DNA from: Glycera tridactyla
Taxonomy: Eukaryota
Reading direction: 5' to 3'
DNA length: 64,000 nt
Assembly: GCA_965644265.1 (NCBI GenBank)
Contig: OZ286468.1
Span: 27,714,001 to 27,778,000, forward strand
Below are positions 61,807-64,000 of this stretch, one piece after another (the first letter of the stretch is position 1; the number at the start of each line of letters is the position of its first letter). The notes below the pieces were generated by a model, which was not told where the DNA came from, searched no databases, and worked only from the letters and a program-made list of their open reading frames with translations. Made by a program: the position numbers and the translations under genes.

Positions 61807-62849
61807 TCACTCTACGAGATTTGCACGGATGATAAGACAATCATTGTCAAGAAAGAGAGTGCTGCTTTTTCAGGGCAGTATGGGCGGGATAACAACCACG
61901 TCCATATCCAACATTGCACTCTGTGATAGGCTTTTGCCATGAATCTCCTCCACCTTCACCTGCTTCTATTCTAATGGATTGATGCAGCCCAGCTCCTGTC
62001 AAGTCGAGTGTTTCAAGTATTACATTCTGATGAAAAGGCAAGCACAAATCATCATCATGTGGACCATTACAAATTTTGAAGAAAAGTGACATGTGAGTGC
62101 CCTTCCCCTCTTCATGTCCATTTGGATAGAGACTGAGCTTCAACTTATGTCCTTTCTTGTGGCTGAAGAAGTATGGACTGGCAATGTCTTCATCCGATTT
62201 TGTAGCTGCGAGAAGTTTTGACACCTGAGTTTTGTTTGTTTGTTTGTTTGTTTGAGGCCTAACGGCATGTATCAACCCACAGGATTATGTATGCTGTGTG
62301 TTCCTGGTTAATGAAAGCTAGATGGTCTCTCCCCTGAAGACATCACTCTCACAAACCCTGAACACAAGATGATGGGGAACTCCCTGAAAGGTTGTCAAGT
62401 GGAAGTAGCTGATGGTTCAGACACACCCCTACCAACTCTAACTCTACAAAAAAGACATATTGAACCTGATGATATCTAACTATGTAACTGGCTGGAAGCT
62501 TACACTCAAGCCTGATAGCTATGCTTTTTTTTTACGCAAAGCGCAGTACTTGAAACAAGGAAAAGCATTAGGTTCGGAGAATACTCAAACAATGTCTCCA
62601 ATTACGAACTGTCAACTTCAAACCAGCTTTACAATCATGGCTTGCCCTATGCTTGCAGTACAATGCCATCACACAACCTAGTAAACCTAGTCGCAGCCCT
62701 AGTAACCCAGAACTGGTGTGCCTGGTACCCGCGTTTTGGATACACTTGAGTTACTCTCCATATAAAGATGCCACTCTTCAGTGTCAGGTCCTCGATGAGT
62801 GATGCTCTACGTTGCCAGTGTGCTGTTGTCTCACACTTCCTCTTCAATT
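61807..62849 (-). pseudogene. TRAF-like MATH terminal exon, copy 4 (disrupted)
   Basis: Acceptor ctttcttttAG at 62850. A 511-bp R2 insertion after WRVTQV and a 2-bp deletion near the end (tctctttcttgac vs tctccttatcttgac). Confidence 0.85.
62231..62741 (-). mobile_element. 5'-truncated R2 insertion inside a TRAF exon, 10-bp TSD
   Basis: Flanked by acacctgagt (62221-62230) and acacttgagt (62742-62751), which duplicate the TQV codons of the exon. Confidence 0.8.
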
Positions 62850-63593
62850 CTAAAAGAAAGAAGACAGCATAATTGTGATGGTTCAAATCAGCTATCATCA
62901 TCTCATTGATGGTGGCATCAGGGATATGAAATATGAGAAATAACATTTTGGGTGTAACTTGTGCGTTCATGACTCAAACAGCATGTATCAACCACAAGGA
63001 TTACGTGAGATGTGTGTTCCTTACCTACGAAAACTGGATGTCCACTATCCTGTTGGCGACATATATGATTTGCTCCCCAAGTGACTTCCAATCATCAAGT
63101 ACTCAACCCTTTAACCTTCAACCCTCTTGAGATGCTACTATTTCTTTGATGGGAGAGATGATTCCCATGAGAGATACATTACACCGGTGATCAGTTTGTT
63201 GGAGAATCACCCAATGGCAGCGCATCAGCGATGCCGTGATTATGTCATTCTTTCTACCCCAAACCTTACAGAATTTCATCATTTTTCAAAATTCCAGGAC
63301 ATTTCCAGGACATTCCTGCAAATTTCATTTTTCCATAACTTTTCCAGTCCTGGAATTTGGTTTGGCAATTTTCCATAACTTTTCCAGGATTCCAGGACGC
63401 GTGCAAACCCTGAATTGTATTAACCATGTATAATTTCAACAATTGGCTGATGCCAATCTTCAAGTACCTGATTCTTAAATTCGATGAATGAAGAGACCAT
63501 GAATGCGCAGGTTTCGCAGGTTTCAACAATTACATCATTCGGGTGACCATACTAGCACATTTTTCAAAACTAACTCAATATTCCTGATGCAGA

Positions 63594-64000
63594 TCACTCC
63601 TCGAGATTGAAACGAATGATAAGACAGTCATTGTGAAGATAACGAGAGTTCTGCTTCTTCAGGTCTGTATGGGCAAGGTAATGATCACGTCCATATCCAA
63701 TATTGCAGTCTTTGACAGGCTTTTGCCAAAATGTGTCCCCACCTACACCTGGTTCTATTCTGATAGATCTATGCTGCCCACCTCCTGTTAAGTCAAGTGC
63801 TTCAAGTATTACATTCTGATGAAAAGGCCAGCGCAAATCCTCATCATGTGGACCTTTACAAATTTTGAAGTAGAGTGACATGCATTTAAATTCCGCCAGG
63901 GAAAGTGCATTTGGACAGAGCTTGAGCTTCATCTTATATCCTTTTTCATGGCTGAAGAAGAAAGGACTGAAGATGTCATCAGCTGGCTTGGCAGCTGCTA
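63594..64000 (-). CDS. TRAF-like MATH terminal exon, copy 5 (continues beyond the window)
   Basis: DIFSPFFFSHEKGYKMKLKLCPN...SLYFKICKGPHDEDLRWPF...YLHNDCLIIRF*. Confidence 0.85.
   Translation of the reverse strand, partial: AAAKPADDIFSPFFFSHEKGYKMKLKLCPNALSLAEFKCMSLYFKICKGPHDEDLRWPFHQNVILEALDLTGGGQHRSIRIEPGVGGDTFWQKPVKDCNIGYGRDHYLAHTDLKKQNSRYLHNDCLIIRFNLEE

Overview
Repeat-rich eukaryotic genomic DNA with spliceosomal introns and two N gaps. The repeat repertoire suggests a marine invertebrate, probably a mollusc or other lophotrochozoan (inference). I found no rRNA, tRNA or CRISPR features. All host genes I can support lie on the minus strand: (1) two exons of a long-form C-type lectin (7502-7314, 3157-2934); (2) a 3-4 exon orphan gene for a protein of about 780 aa with coiled coils and about 43-aa Ser/Thr-rich repeats (31.3-25.7 kb); (3) an array of six paralogous TRAF-type coiled-coil+MATH terminal exons (38.6-64 kb) with no recognisable upstream TRAF exons between them. 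The main mobile element is a very young, nearly intact tyrosine-recombinase (Ngaro/PAT-type) retrotransposon at 14566-21687. It has split direct repeats A1...B1A2-B2, gag, RT/RNaseH and a YR ORF with one +1 frameshift. An SGNH hydrolase ORF lies upstream of gag inside a predicted intron, and the element is inserted through an AAAT core into a palindromic target. Also present are a 1.2-kb internally deleted Gypsy-like LTR element with a tRNA-Phe-type PBS and 5-bp TSD, three SINE-like families sharing a GTTAAAC+microsatellite tail, and a 46-60 kb cluster of Helentron-like elements carrying 145-157 bp satellite arrays. The two best candidates for an undescribed system are the TRAF alternative-terminal-exon cassette and the splice-switched, hydrolase-first Ngaro element. 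All alignments and counts were done by eye.
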